In this document: positions 47,229 through 60,921 of the stretch, in pieces | Numbering within the stretch: position 1 is the stretch's first letter | Layout of the letters: each line of letters starts with the position of its first letter | From: Pseudogymnoascus verrucosus | Lineage: Eukaryota | DNA length: 64,000 nucleotides | Assembly: GCA_001662655.1 (NCBI GenBank) | Contig: KV460264.1 | Reading direction: 5' to 3' (one strand) | Position numbers and translations under genes: made by a program | The notes under the pieces: model-generated | What the model was told of the DNA's origin: nothing | The model's input: only the letters and a program-made list of their open reading frames with translations | Databases searched by the model: none

Positions 47229-50200
47229 TTAAAAGTCAAGCTTCATATCATCCAACATACCTCCTTCCAGCCCCATCATTCCCTCCCCAGAAAGCACACC
47301 CATCATATCCTCCCCCACCAACCCTTCTCCCCCAACTCCTGCAATCCCTAAATCTGCGCCCATCAATCCGGCCTGCTCATCAATCCCTCCCCCCGCTGAC
47401 AACGCCTCAACTCTCCGATACAGCCGCACAACAACCTCTGCCCTTTCTGCCTCTGGCCCTTCCTTTCCAACTTCCGCACCCACTTTCGCCGCCTCTGATG
47501 CCAAGGCCTCTCGCAGAGTTATACGACCTTGTACCCCAGCTGCTGCTTTCGGTGGCGCACACACCAAAGACGCGACGACGTCATATGCAGTTCCCGAATT
47601 CCCCAGGGCACACTGATGTGCTAGCTCTTCCAGTAGCGTAAGTAGAGCCCTTCGCGCCCCAAGCATGCGTACTGCAAGAACCGGGAGGCGAGGAGAGTAA
47701 TTCGGCGGTGCGGCGGGGGGGTTCCAGTTAATAAGAGCCCGAGCGGCGTGGCGGACGGCGGTGGGGATGTTCGGTGGGACGGGAAAGTCGGTGGTGAGAT
47801 CGATGGCGCTGCGGGAAAAGTGTAGATGTGGCCGGAGAGCGGCAATGAGAGGGTCAAGGTCGGTGCGGGTCGGCACTGAGCGTTGGAGTGCGCGCAGGGA
47901 GCGTGAGAGATGAGGGGCGGGAATTGGGAGGATCGCGTTATGGAGGAGTGAGGCTTCTGCTGAGATAGATTGGGGTAGAATGAGAGCCTGTAAGAGAGAT
48001 GACGGAGGTGGGGCAGTGAGAATGTTAGATGCTAATGAGAGAAGGGCGGGAATGAGCGAAGGGAGAAGTGAGGGGTCGAGAAGGTCTTGCGATAGAGTTA
48101 GTGTTGTCCGGTTGGAAATACATATGGGGGGTGGCTTACATTCAAGGCCGCCGCGGAGGACGTCGTCAGTTAGGTGGCCATGTTGGGATGCCAGCACAAT
48201 CTGGCTAAAGAGAGTGGGTACGAGGAGGTAGAAATCCTGCGGAGGACAAAGCGCCATAGGTTCATCCCCTAACCCGCCACCTTCTGCATTGAAGAGGCCC
48301 TTGATCCATCCATCCAGCTGGGACGATTCCACAGATGATAAATCGTCCAGAAGCCGTGCAGTTGACCCACGAACGAGCAACTTCGCAATAAAAGAATCTG
48401 GCGTTTGGACACCAAGCTCTGTGGCACTGAGATCGTAGCGGTACACAAACGCCAGAACTAGCAGGAGGATGGAGCCGAACTCTTCGTAGACAGGTTGGTA
48501 CTCGCCCTGGTCGTCGTCATAGCGCCAGGCGTCGAGAAGCTGGCAGATTGGTGGTAAAATTGTGAGGGGCTTGTCGAAGATCAAGAGTACGTCAAGCGAC
48601 GACGGCTTACGTGCAAGGTGGGCACAGAGAGACTTCAGAGCCATGGTATCTTTGCTCTCGCAGAGACGGCGAAGTAGCTCCGTTATGGCCTGACTAACCG
48701 CACCCACATTTCCGTCCATGTGTTCCAGCTCGTCAGTGAACGCCTCAATCTTCTCAGAGTCAGAGAGACACTGCTCCAAGACCTCGTCCTTGGTGTACCG
48801 GCCGCCTGCAGGTAGTGTCTGCATTGGAATCTCACCCAGAAGTCGCTCTATGCTCTCTTCTGGGATCAGGCCGTGGAGACAGCACGAGAAGCAGAAATCC
48901 TGTCTCACGGAGTCTGAGAACATGTCACCTGCACTGGTATCATCGAACATGGAGGAGAAGGTCGGAAAGGCGTTGGTATCTACATGGCTCAGAGCTTCCG
49001 TGATGCACAACTCCGGACTTAGAGGCGGGAACATCGGGGCCGATATCATGGATATCAGTAAAGGCACTTTGTTGATAAGGAACGAGCGTAGGAGGAATGT
49101 TGTCTGCGGACTTTCGGAGCGGAAAATTGCATTGGCAAGAATGTCAAATGAGGACACAATGAGGTCAATACATGTCGTTTGGATATCGCCCTGATAGATG
49201 TGAGCTTTGGTGTTGAAAACAATGGACAAAATACGAACCTGGTATCGGTTATGGAGGAAATTTAAAAGTTGATTGTCATCAACCATGGGTCTTCCAGTCA
49301 GCTGCAACTTTGTTAGTAGAGCACATCAATATAAATAGGATGCTCCCACCAAAGAATTTAGATACACGTAGAGGCCAGCTCTTGAGTTCATGGTAGGTAT
49401 TTCAACCACTGGTATATTGTCCATACCAAGTGCCATGGCGGAGTCTATAATCTGGTCTATTTCAGCACCAGCCTTCTGGGCCTTTTTATCCATGGGTTCC
49501 AGGGCCACGAGTGTCTTTGTGTATAATTCGAGTCTCTCGGCGAACATGGAAGATCCGTTGATGAGAAGCGGCGTAAAATTCGCTAGTGACTGCGAGAACC
49601 CTTTGAGGGTATCTATATGTTTGTTAGCATTGCTCAGTTCACAGTTATAAGACCGCAATGGCACCCGAGACTCTTCAAATACGTACCCTTGGGACACCGG
49701 TTTTTCAGCGCATCATTCACTGTCGAGTTCTCGGCCAGCGCAACTAACAGCGCGCCAACCGCGACCCTCACAGCCATAGTCTCCTGGTTATGAGTGTCAT
49801 TCCCCGCTCCAATCTCCCGCATCATATCATCTGCCGCGTTTGACATGACCAACAAGCGCATCCACTCCGTGAGCGCATTCGCCATCACCAAAGCTTCTTG
49901 GGCAGACTTCGGTCGATCCCCGGCTGCCACAATTTTTGAGAGGCCATACACTAGCCTCTCTTCATGGCCGTAACTCTTTGTCCATCTTGTCTGAGAGCCG
50001 CTGGCGACCTCTTGGTCCTCCTTTGTAGCGTCGACAGGGCGAGAGGTAGAGTGTCTGAGCAGCGCGCGCAAGACCGACGGCACGTCAAGGATGTCGATTC
50101 GGAGGAGAGCTTGAACGTAAAGAGAGACCTGCGGGTCCAAGTCATAGTTCCTGGATTCACTGGGACGTAGCAATAGCTCGGCGATGAGAGGGGTGGCGAG

Positions 50201-50299
50201 AGGTGACTTGGTGCTGAGGACCTTTGCGAATTGCTCCAACTTGTCGGTGGGGAGACGCCGATCGAGTGCATGGGCGAAAAAGGTCGCCCATTCGTCCAT
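47229..50299 (-). CDS. MED5: Mediator complex subunit 5 (Nut1/Med5), multi-intron
   Basis: NSRAGLYVYLNSL, DLIVSSFDILANA, LRSFLINKVP, SVRQDFCFSCCLHGLI, WRYDDDQGEYQPVYEEFGSILLLVLAF, CPPQDFYLLVPTLF; ORFs separated by GT-AG introns. Confidence 0.9.
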
Positions 50300-50928
50300 A
50301 GTTATCGGACCGTTTGCAATTCAAGCATAGCCAAGTTTCATGATACAGTGATATAGTGGTATAGGGTCAATTGTGGTAAATGGATGAACTTCAGTAGGAA
50401 TATTGTTATTCTACACGTCTTCGGACGTCACGATGGCGAGGCCGCCAGGTACTGGATTCACCCGCCTCAGCCTCGCGCTAGGGGTCTCCGTTCAAGGTCG
50501 GGGCTTCCGGGGCGGCAGAAACTTAGGCCGAGGCGTTTGAGAAACCGAGACACGAAGTAACCAATTTAACGGTCTGTACGAGTCCAACTGCGTCAAAAAG
50601 CTGATCTTATACAATCCGAGATGTGACAGAATCCTCGAGTAGTATTGCCCTCAACCGCGAAGCCCGCAGGAGCCCGCGAATACCGACGCAGAAGAAGATC
50701 GCCGGCCATCTCCCCCCCTTGGAAGAGGTGGCAACAACGCATTGCACCTCGATCCGTATCACCCCAAAGTTCATCGCTGACTCCTTTTCTAAGTACAAGT
50801 AGTATGAGGGTAGGTATAGGGTATATGGCGTCGGGTATCTGGAGAGCAATTGAAGTGCTCATCAACTGCAAACCCTTCGCGCCGCTTGTGTCATTTATAT
50901 CCAAAACAGAGTGTATATATCAGCCTTC

Positions 50929-51639
50929 TCACTCCATAGAGTCCATCTCAAGGTGCGCTCTCATCGCCTCAGAAGGAGGTGCCCTCGGTCCCACCATCCA
51001 GTCCTGCATCGCAAGCCACTCACTCCATTTCTCCTCTGCAGCGCGGATCTCATTCTCCGCAGGGTTACGTATCGGCATCATGTATGGTATAGTTTCGTTG
51101 GGCGACGGCTCATAGCTAGCCTTAACTTCGAGCCAGCTCCCACTCTTCGCGGCGAAGAGGTAATTGCGTCTCTCGGATTCGTGTAGCTGCCCTATTCCTT
51201 TGGCCCAGTCATCGCCAAAGAACGTCTTGAGCATCGCCTGCGTGTCGAAGCCGGTTACAACAAGCCGGCGGATATATGGAACTAGCGAGATCGACTCGCC
51301 GTGGCGGTCGTCAAGCCTGGGTGAGAGCGTAGAGGGTGTTGAGTCCCCCGAATGTGATGTCGTTGATCGAAGTGGGGAGTATGCTGATATCGGGTTCGGG
51401 TGTCGTTGATATGGTAAGAGGATATTCACGTAGGCAGCCACAGCCTGGAGGAATGGACTGTGCTGTGAATGGTCAAGGAAAAAGCGGCGACAGTTCTGGA
51501 AGTGCCGATGCCACTCATGGGGGTCAAAGGATGAGTCGGTCTGCGTCATCATGTGGTCTTCTCCTTGCTCAGTAGGAGGGCCCTGGGAGGGCCGGCGGGG
51601 TGGTGCGGACGATAGGTTTTCGTGGTTGCTGAACGCCAT
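50929..51639 (-). CDS. Conserved filamentous-fungal hypothetical protein (family often labelled 'Ilp is an apoptosis inhibitor'); probable 5'UTR intron ~51659-51714
   Basis: 236-aa ORF with conserved-looking blocks LVPYIRRLVVTGFD, FFGDDWAKGIG, ERRNYLFAAKS, WSEWLAMQDWMVGPRAP. Confidence 0.8.
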   Translation of the reverse strand: MAFSNHENLSSAPPRRPSQGPPTEQGEDHMMTQTDSSFDPHEWHRHFQNCRRFFLDHSQHSPFLQAVAAYVNILLPYQRHPNPISAYSPLRSTTSHSGDSTPSTLSPRLDDRHGESISLVPYIRRLVVTGFDTQAMLKTFFGDDWAKGIGQLHESERRNYLFAAKSGSWLEVKASYEPSPNETIPYMMPIRNPAENEIRAAEEKWSEWLAMQDWMVGPRAPPSEAMRAHLEMDSME

Positions 51640-54600
51640 AGGAATGTTATGGGCTGCGCTGCAAAATATAAATCAGTTTTCGATAATATGGAATGCTGAG
51701 ATTGTACGACTTACTTTATATGGTCAGCCGATTTGACAAAGACAAGAGTCAAGACAAGAATCGTGAGGGGAGGGGTTCCAAATGCGACAGGCTATGCCTC
51801 CTTGGTACTAATATACCCTTTCTGCAGCCTCCTGGTGGAATAGACATAGTTCAGTGACGGGAAGGGCCAGGTGTGTAGGGATACTTATATAAACCAAGGC
51901 TGAGAGACATTTGGAGAGGGGGGATGCGTGTGGTCTCAGAGCGAATACCGGGACTGGGACTCGGACTGGGCGTCATAGGGATACGGAGATAAGTTTCCAG
52001 TTAACTCATGTTGGCCTGCTCTTCTGGGACCAAGCAGGTCCGGAGATGATGTATGCACCGTATGCGGGCCCGGGGGGGGGGAGGTTCTATTATTTCCCTG
52101 CGAGGTAATATGTAGGGACCTTCGGGGATGGTCTGGTCTACTAGAGCTATCCTGTGTTGCCATGTATAAAACGCCTCTGACATTCCTGCGGGGCTTCCGG
52201 TGGTGATGGTGTGCCAGCTTGTGTTGGTGGCAAATGCAGTGCCAAATGCGTCGCCGTGTAACTATAACCATGCATCTATAAACCATGCACCGATATCGAC
52301 TCCTTCGTCTCTTTGGAGACACAACCTTCCAGGGCGGCAGGCATATGGCGTACCATCCTGTACGAGCGAGGTTATACAAGACCTAGTCCGCACTAAAAGT
52401 GCATAAATATGTGCTATGCGTGAGGGTGAGGACTTGCAAAACTGTAGGTATAGGTACTGGAGATACTGAATCACACGCGTTCTGGCCATGATCATTCTAG
52501 TACTCGACGACTGAGCGACAGACCGAGACTTCATTTAGCTCTGCCGTGAACATGCCTGTACTGCGCCATTCAGTCAATGTGCCCGAGACAGATCCAATAA
52601 TTCCCAGGTGATTTTCCACCGTCGGTGCCATGCTTGTATGAGCCCACTTCGTCTCTCCCACGCAATCCCAACCCGACATCGTTCTCCATAGCCTGGGATA
52701 GGTCGCTGTGGTTGCGGAGTTGCGAGGCAAGGCTCATTTTGTGTCAAATCAGACTGCCTGGCGCCAATTGACGGGCCAGCCGACAATCCAGACAGGGTTG
52801 TTTTGTCCCAGAGGATGCAACGACGGTACGAAAATGACCTGTCCACAACCCTGGCCATACCAATTTTTTATATTCCAGCTATCCGGAGCCGATAACATGA
52901 TCGTCGTACTGCATGTCAGGGAGCGCTTGCACCATGGCGGGTGTTGCTTCACAGTCTCTCTGTGCTGTTCACCACATGTAATGCGACGCAAATCGTACTC
53001 GAGTGCCTCTGATATTTTTTTCATCTGTCGCCACTCCCAAAAACTCGCCGATCATGTATGTGTACTACGCGTACAGCGATGTACTGTACTTGTTGTACTG
53101 TACAATGCTGTACGGAGCCTTGCATGAGGAGTACTTCTCTCCTGGACCACGATGTCCCAGGCTAGCAGATCATCATTGGCCTGGGCTAGCTTCATAGCAA
53201 CGTGAACTCCATGAATTTGACCATATGCAGCTGAAAAGGAAGGATGATGCAGCTCATTGTTTCTCCACGCGGCCTCTTCAAGCCACGCTACCAGCGTGGT
53301 GCTCACATTGCAGTCTCAAATGCGTGGGGATATCAAGGCCGCAAGACCCAACAAAAGAAGCTCAAGGATGCGCAGTACTGTACCAGAAAATACACAGCAA
53401 CTCCCATCCTCATTGAGATCTTCAAGTATTGAATGTTGAGCCCCTATACATCATCGAGCTTTCCGTGCGTTACGGAATATTTCCCATAATGTTTGAAGCT
53501 AATTAGAAATGAACAGGGATAGACGGCGGTTCGCAGAGTTGCCGGAACACACTCTGATCAATCCCCGGTTGACATTTCACGTACAAACCTTGTCATGTTT
53601 GGCGAGGCTCCCCTTTTTTCAGGTTCTGCGCTGAAAGTGGACACTATATGTATGACATTATAGGCCCAGTGACATGGGTGATGAGATTGCCCCGAACCCC
53701 CACCTTCCAAGTGTTGCCACTAGTTCCTTTTCCTGAATTAATCCATCCCAGTTCAATAGATCATTATCAATCTCCCAAATGGGAAATCGCGGTGACAAGA
53801 AACCCGAAGCCTCAGGGCTTTTCTAAACAACTATGGGGCGCGCGCGGACAGCCACCCACTGCCGTTTTCACTGGAAGGCAAGAGAGACGCGTGTCTCACG
53901 CCGGCACGCCCTTCTCTGTCCGTCGAGTTGAAACTTTCCGAGGCACGTTGTACACATGCAACTCGACACACACGAGCCAAATAAGTTATTAGCGTTCCTC
54001 AGCACCTGCAACGGCCCGAGGGGGGGGAGGGGGGAGCAACCCGGAAACCGCGGCCGCAAGGCTTCGAGTTAGTAAGGCGGGGAACTGTGGATGCTGCCGC
54101 GGATCCGGTCATTCTCGCGAATCAGAGAAGGCTTTGGTGTTATGGTGCCCAGCAACAGAGACCCGGTCAAGCGGTGGCGCAGGATTTCCTGGGGCTGAAC
54201 TTGCTTCGGCGTGGGGTTGTGGAGGTTGTGAATGTTGCTCCAGTGGTCAGGGGCCCTCATTTCATGTCCTACACGGGCCCATCCCTGCACCGGAACGACG
54301 GCTGCTGCCGCGTTGGAGAGTCCTAGTCTCGGCACAGCAACGTATTAGGGCCTTCCGACGGGCATTTATGGAACAGATCGACCAACTCTAGCAATGGAGG
54401 TGCGTTTGCCCAGTCTTTTCTGCCCTTGGTAGTGTCTGGCCTCAGCTCATGCAGACCATGAAGCTTGCTTCGGATCACCAAACTGATTTGGATCGGCGAG
54501 TCCACCTCTGGTACTCCAACCGAGCGATTAGCATTCCTCGTTGCCCCCCACAGGCAGCGGGACTGGCGAGACCTCATTGAAGAGTATGGGAATCTGGGCT

Positions 54601-54894
54601 GCTGCAGAGATCAGCATGAGTTCTGGCTTTGCTCGCTTAGCTAATTAAGTACTGTAGTCGGTTCAATTTACCCTCATGATACTGACCGCAGAGAGGATAA
54701 AAAGTTATATACTCTATGTGCTAATGCGCCGAGTTTGAAACCATTACACACATTCTTTGTGCTCTCTGGTATTGCTAAAAACCAACGCGCTGTAATCTTG
54801 TGTTTAGCATTGAGAAGATGGATCGCTGGTGGTAATGTGGAAGGGTGATGAATTGGTTGGTGATAATGGGAGATAAGATTAGATGATGGTCACG

Positions 54895-54916
54895 TGATCA
54901 CGCGAGACGTCGCGTT
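54895..54916. promoter_or_regulatory. MCB-like (ACGCG) elements upstream of the helicase gene
   Basis: CACGCGA and TCGCGT adjacent at ~54900-54915, ~400 bp upstream of a DNA-repair gene; function inferred only. Confidence 0.35.
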
Positions 54917-55328
54917 GAATCCATTGCTGGGACAATATACCGCGACAACAATACTGAGGACGACGGTAACGCCTCACGACTTGCCCATTGGAAGCCATTT
55001 GGGTATTCAGGTTGATTATAATGATCTTGCTTTGAAGATTTAACTATTCTGGGCCTCATCCACCGTTATACTGTTAGTCACTAGACTCGACTTGGGTCGC
55101 GACTGTTTACTCCTCCAGGATTGGGAACGGCACAAGACGGTGGTGGGGAGGCGGAACCGACGGCTGGCCTATGTTCCCATTCCACGGACCGATTGGCTTG
55201 AGTACGATCAATCATTCCCGGTGGCAATTTTGCCTCATTTCTCTTGTCTGTGACGGAGCGGTCTGGGGAATTCAATCCGAGCTGTGCTCAGTATCGCGAC
55301 GTTCTTCCCGAATCGCCTGAACCTCACC

Positions 55329-58300
55329 ATGTCTACTACTCTTCTATCGAACCTCAATGAATCCCAGCGCGATGCCGTTTCTTCGCCCGCTCAGCAGCTC
55401 GCCATTCTGGCTGGACCTGGCAGTGGTAAAACGCACACGCTCACCTCGCGCGTTGCATGGCTGCTCGCATCGGGGTTACAAGCACAAAATATCATTGTCG
55501 CGACGTTCACAAAGAAGGCTGCCAAGGAGATGCAAGAGCGGATTGGGAAGCTGCTTGGGGATGACAGAGAGCAGAAATTAATCCTGGGGACGTTTCACAG
55601 CATTTCCGTAAGATACCTACGCAGCTACGGGTATCTCATCGGCATCAAGAAGGGGTTTGGTGTGGCGGACCAGCATGATTCGGAGACCATTATCAAACGA
55701 ATTATCAAGAAGAATAACTTCATGGCTGATCCGAAAGCGACGAAAAATAAGATCAGTGGCCGAAAGGCGAAGGGCGGCTGGGGCGAGAAAATGGAGAAGG
55801 CGATGAAGAGTAACAACAAAGAGGTGCAGCAAATTGATGCAATATACACAGAGTACGAAGCGACCCTGAAGAGAGCAAATTTACTCGATTTCGATGATCT
55901 ACTTCTGCGATGCGTGGACCTGCTCCGAGACCACCCACAGTGTGTCTCCAATATCGAGGCAGTATTGATAGATGAGTTTCAGGACACGAACCTGGTCCAA
56001 TTCGATCTAATGCGCCTCATGGCTGCGTCACGAAAGAAGGTCACTATTGTAGGAGACCCTGATCAGAGTATCTACGGCTTCCGGTCTGCAGAGGTCAAGA
56101 ACTATCTGAGTTTATTACGACAATACCCGGACACCATCACCATTTCGCTTGAGGAGAACTACCGCTCCTCGGGCGCCATTCTAGCCGCTTCTTTGAAGAT
56201 CATTCAACAAGATACGAGTAGAATCAATAAAAGTCTGTTGGCGACACATACGGTGGGGACAAGGCCTGTTTTGAGAACCCTCGAGTCTGCGGAGGTTGAG
56301 GGGGACTGGATTATGCATGAGATTAGGCGCTGTGTCACACTTACGGGTGACTTGATAACGTACGGCGATGTGGCTATTTTACTAAGATCGGCGTATTTAT
56401 CGCGGCATATCGAAACGTACCTTGGCAAAGCGGGAGTTCCGTATCGGATGGTTGGTAAGTTGATGTCAATGCTGCTTTTGTCATAAACGCTCGTCACCAA
56501 GACATAATATACATATACTAATCGTCACAGGTGGGCGAGCATTTTATGACCGAGTTGAGGTCAGACTTATTCTGTACTATCTGAGAGTTATCAGCAACCC
56601 TGCAGACAACAATGCTTTTGCTGAAGTTGTCAATCTTCCAAAGCGCGGCGTTGGCGATGTAACCGTTAAATCACTCATTGAGGAAGCCGATCAGAAACGG
56701 ATGTCTATATGGGAATTGATGGAAAACGGTCCACTCGCAACCGGACTCTCAGCTAAAGCTCGAAATGGGATCTCACGATTTATGAAAATCATAAAGGATG
56801 CACGGAAAATGCTTAGCGACGAAGAAGGGCATACGATTGCATCCTTGATGAAGCATGTCATAGAGGCCGTAGAGCTCGAAGATTACTTGAAAAAGACATA
56901 TCCTGAGGAGGAGGACTACCAGTCGCGTTTGGAGAACGTGAAGGAAATTTTGGCACTGGCGGAAGAAGCAGATGATCCTGAATCCCCAGACTATAATGAC
57001 GAGCCTCTGCCAGAAGTAGACGGCCTGGAACAAAACGAGCTTTCAACGCCTCTCTCGAATTTTCTGGCGAAAATATCACTGGCGACAGACAAACGAGCGA
57101 AAGATGCCGAAGGCGAAGACAAGCCACGGGTCACAATCTCTACCATTCATGCAGCAAAGGGCTTGGAGTGGCCAGTTGTGTTTATACCAGGAGCTTACGA
57201 TGGCAGTATTCCCAACGGTAGAGCCGATGATACGGATGAAGAGCGAAGGCTCCTCTATGTTGGAATGACGCGAGCTAAAGCATTGCTGTATGTGAGCTAT
57301 CCGCTCATTGATTCAAGAAGAGAGTCAACCAGGCCGTCGAATTTCCTCACGCCGACCTCTCTTCTGCTGCACTTTGGTCAGAAAGGGCCTTCGTTCAGCA
57401 AACAAAACGTCGTTCCGGATATTGCGGCAATTCTTAGGCTTGAGGTACCAAAGATTACCTTTACGCCAGACGAGCTGCCACTTCCAAGCCAAGAGGATGA
57501 TTTGTGGCCAGAGGATGGGACAGCAAAGGCACGCCCCCCAAAGACTTGGGATCAGTGGGATGGCACAGCACAGTATGGTGAACCAAGGAAGTCCCTTGCG
57601 CATGATAGACCATTGATTGACAAGAGAAACATGGAACCCTGGAAGCCGAGCTACACCACCACAATGACTATCACTCCCGCTTTCTCCACGGCTGCAGCGG
57701 TACTTCGGGAGCAACCTGTGAACCTGGGCGGCGCCGGAAGTGCCAAACGACCATATACTTTTGATGATGATGAAGTCGTCGACAAAAAGAGTACTAAACG
57801 ATCCACGAAGCGGCCGGATGGGCAACCTAGCCTGGCGGCATACTTTGGGAAGCCTCAAAATAGCAAGGCTAATGAGCCTGCCACGACTATTACTGCCGCT
57901 CGTCAAACACATACAACCCAACCCTCTGTGTCACTACCTCGTCTGAACCACCGGGCGACGCTCTCACAACGAGGGAACCCTCGAACCGCTATACCCGCTC
58001 AAATCGCACCTTATGTGCCTCCTACAATCTGCCCGACCCTATCACGGCACCGTATTGGTGGCACAACCTCCACTGCCACCAACCGGCGGAACATCCGTGC
58101 CTTTACACCCCCCGAGTCCAATGGGAGCAAATATATCTTCTTATCGAGCTCGCCACCAAGGCCCGAGCCGGGACGCAAGGAACGTGAGGCGCCGCGATTG
58201 CCTATGCCATCAAACTCTATAAACTCTATAGTTACAACGGCTGCCCGTTCGGCTAGTCTACATACGACGACTGAGGATCGAGCGAGGGCGCAACCAGGCA

Positions 58301-58395
58301 GAAAGAGCTATGGGGCCAGAATGGGTATGGGGGGGTGGGAGAAACGGATGGGCGGCTCAGGATCATGGAAGCCGCCGAGTATGGCCGATAGATGA
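55329..58395 (+). CDS. SRS2: UvrD/Rep-family (SF1A) DNA helicase, Srs2-like, 1 intron
   Basis: LAGPGSGKT, ATFTKKAA, GTFHS, LIDEFQD, VGDPDQSIYGFR, LEENYRS, TISTIHAAKGLEW, EERRLLYVGMTRA; intron 56455-56530; disordered C-terminal tail. Confidence 0.92.
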
Positions 58396-58852
58396 TGATG
58401 ATGAAGTTTTTTGGGGTTCTGTGGTCATACAAATTTGGTTTAATATGCCAAGTTGTTGACAGATTTAGTTGGCTACCCTAATAAAAGCGCTCTGTCATAA
58501 AACCAGCTGTTACCTACGCTCTTGCTTTCCCCTTACTTCAAAACTGTAATTATATGAGGTCCGATCGAGGAGAATACAAAATTGTGTTCGCACAACCTCA
58601 GGTTCGAACAGCCGTAGCGCCTCCTTGCGGAGCCCCTGTACGGCTTAGGTGATATGTGACAATTCTAACAAGGGAGCTCAAGGCACCTACATCGCAGTAA
58701 CTAATGATAGCTGTTCGACAGTTAGGTAGGACAAGATCTGACTACCATTGACTACCAAAATATGATAAACGTCATTTTTATTCCAATCCAACTCGCTCAA
58801 TCCCCGGTTAAGGCGTTTTTCTCACTTCCGCTCATCTGTTGTTACATAAATG

Positions 58853-58907
58853 CAACCTCAAATAAACCTCAGATCAACCTCAAATCAACCTCAAATCAAC
58901 CTCAAAT
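58853..58907. repeat. 11-bp minisatellite CAACCTCAAAT, 5 copies
   Basis: Four exact copies plus one degenerate copy (AAACCTCAGAT). Confidence 0.9.
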
Positions 58908-59118
58908 CATCCCCACAATTTGATCTCGATTAATCGTATTATTGTCAACTCGGCATCTTCTCCTTCGGTTTTGTATTTAAGTAGGCTCTCCCCTAGGTTT
59001 TTAGGTTATCATTTTATTACTGATCTAACATTATCAGCAAGCAATCTCGAGTCCCGAACGAATTCGCACAAGATCCACACTATTTGCCTCCCTACAGTCT
59101 AATCCACCATTTGCCAGT

Positions 59119-59475
59119 ATGAAGCTACTTGTTTTCACTCTCATCGCTCTCTTACAATTGGCCCAATCATGCATTGTTACCTTTGAGGGTATCTTTACAC
59201 CTTGGAATGGCCACATGACCGCAAAGGTTACGTCGGGCGGGCACCAAGTCTGCCACCTTGACGAATTCATTAGAAGCAAAAGAGATCCATACTGGCTTAA
59301 CTGCGAAGACAATAAATATGCCTGGATCTCACAAGATGGGTCACGTTTCGCCTATGCAGCAAACGGCGTCGATTACCATGGAGTGCCAACGCGGACTCCA
59401 ATGAACGATGAGGACAATGAGATGCATATGCATTCTCCACGTATGAGCAATAAAGAGACGATAGCTTTGGTTTAA
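59119..59475 (+). CDS. Small secreted protein, unknown function (3' end uncertain, possible terminal intron)
   Basis: Signal peptide MKLLVFTLIALLQLAQS followed by Cys; three Cys in ~100 aa. GTATGA at ~59440 and ...TAATCAG at ~59517 could form an intron. Confidence 0.7.
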   Translation: MKLLVFTLIALLQLAQSCIVTFEGIFTPWNGHMTAKVTSGGHQVCHLDEFIRSKRDPYWLNCEDNKYAWISQDGSRFAYAANGVDYHGVPTRTPMNDEDNEMHMHSPRMSNKETIALV

Positions 59476-59769
59476 AGAACTTCTTTTTGCGGACTGATTG
59501 CACTGCTGAATAATCAGCCAGTATACTATTCCTAATAGTATGAAATATATACCTTATGATGCACCATCCCCATGTGAAAGCAATAGTTTCTACTTGGAGT
59601 AAGCAGAACTTCGGATTTCATTTTCATCAACAATAATACATAATTTTCCAATACTTCAATGCTCTAGAAAAAAAAAACAATATACGAACTCCTTAAAATT
59701 ACTTGCATCATCTCTGCGTCTCCAGCAAAAAAAAACGAATGCCGTCCCTCATCATCCACCACGCCCTTT

Positions 59770-60383
59770 TTACCAGAAACAACCCCGCTCGTCCACTCCG
59801 GCTTCTTTTCGCTTCTCCCTCCTCTCTCTTCTCCGAAGTTCCAAATCCCTCAAGAATAGCACAAGATAAGTCGCCAATAATCCCCGTCCAACAAAGTTCG
59901 GCCACACCTCTTCCCCTCCCTCGATATTCTTCCTCCCAACCCAGAAATCTGTTGCAATCCCCACTAGCAGCTGCACCGTCCCCGTCCACGGCATGCAGGG
60001 CGAACCCATGTTGCACCGCCGAAAAATGCATACATGAGCACATGGTGTGCGGTATTCAGCGCCGCGAAGACGCACCATCCCTCACTGTGGTGCAGCACGC
60101 GGGCGTAGGTCATGTACATAGTTGTGAGATGGTGGACGCCGAAGTGAAGGTCGATTTCTCCGCCAGACGCGAGGACGTTGAGAATGTCGACATATTCGTA
60201 AAACTTGGAGGCGTGGTAGAACCAGCTATTGATTGTGGTGAGGGTGCGGGCGCCGGGGATGGGGCCATGGAGGGAGACGTGGCGGCGGACGGTTAGCCAG
60301 AGGGTTATGAAGAGGGCACTTTGGGAGAGCATGAGAGTCATGGGAGGGGTGGCCGCTATTGCAACAGTGAGGCGTTCTATCAT
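59770..60383 (-). pseudogene. GNS1/SUR4 (ELO) elongase-like membrane protein, frameshifted
   Basis: SKFYEYVD, HFGVHHLT (HxxHH) and NTAHHVLMYAFF in ORF 59964-60383. The hydrophobic continuation MPWTGTVQLLVG...LLATYLVLF lies in a different frame after ...CGC CCT GC|ATG CCG TGG (~59990). Confidence 0.7.
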
Positions 60384-60921
60384 GGTGGGTACGGTTTGGG
60401 TGTTATTTTTATTTCAATAAGTGATATAGGGGTGGGAAATAGTGGGATTTAACTCAAATATTGGCGTCAATAATGAAGCCGACAACGAACAGTGCAGTAG
60501 AGTCGTTATGTTTGACAAGACAAGAGTCATTCAGACGGGAAGCAATTGTCTCATGCTTATCTAGGGTATGTAAAATTCCGCGAATATCTCGGCGGCTGTC
60601 TCCAGCGAGGATATTTATTTGTCACCTCTGGGCACTTTATGGCATTGGAGGAGGGGGAACTCTCTTATGGAGGTCGGCGAATGACGGCGAGGGAAGCGCC
60701 AGAAGAAGCCTCGGACTCATTGTCATATATATAGCCCTTTGAGAAAGCTACTGCAACCATACTTCATTTTGCATCAGAAGTCCTAATATGCAATGTAAAA
60801 TGACTCAGTATAACGCCAGCCTTCAACTACGGGCAGCATTAACCGTCGCATCAGAGGTAAGATAAGCGTAGTCTTATAACTACGCTCAAATAGACAGCGG
60901 TCTATTGCCACCGCCTTCCCC

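Noticed and set aside
54631..54675. GCTCGCTTAGCT...GGGTTCAATT resembling tRNA A and B boxes
   Set aside because: Spacing is too short for an anticodon arm, and the acceptor stem does not pair.
58853..58907. Regular short repeats as a possible CRISPR-like array
   Set aside because: Head-to-tail minisatellite with no spacers, in a eukaryotic context.
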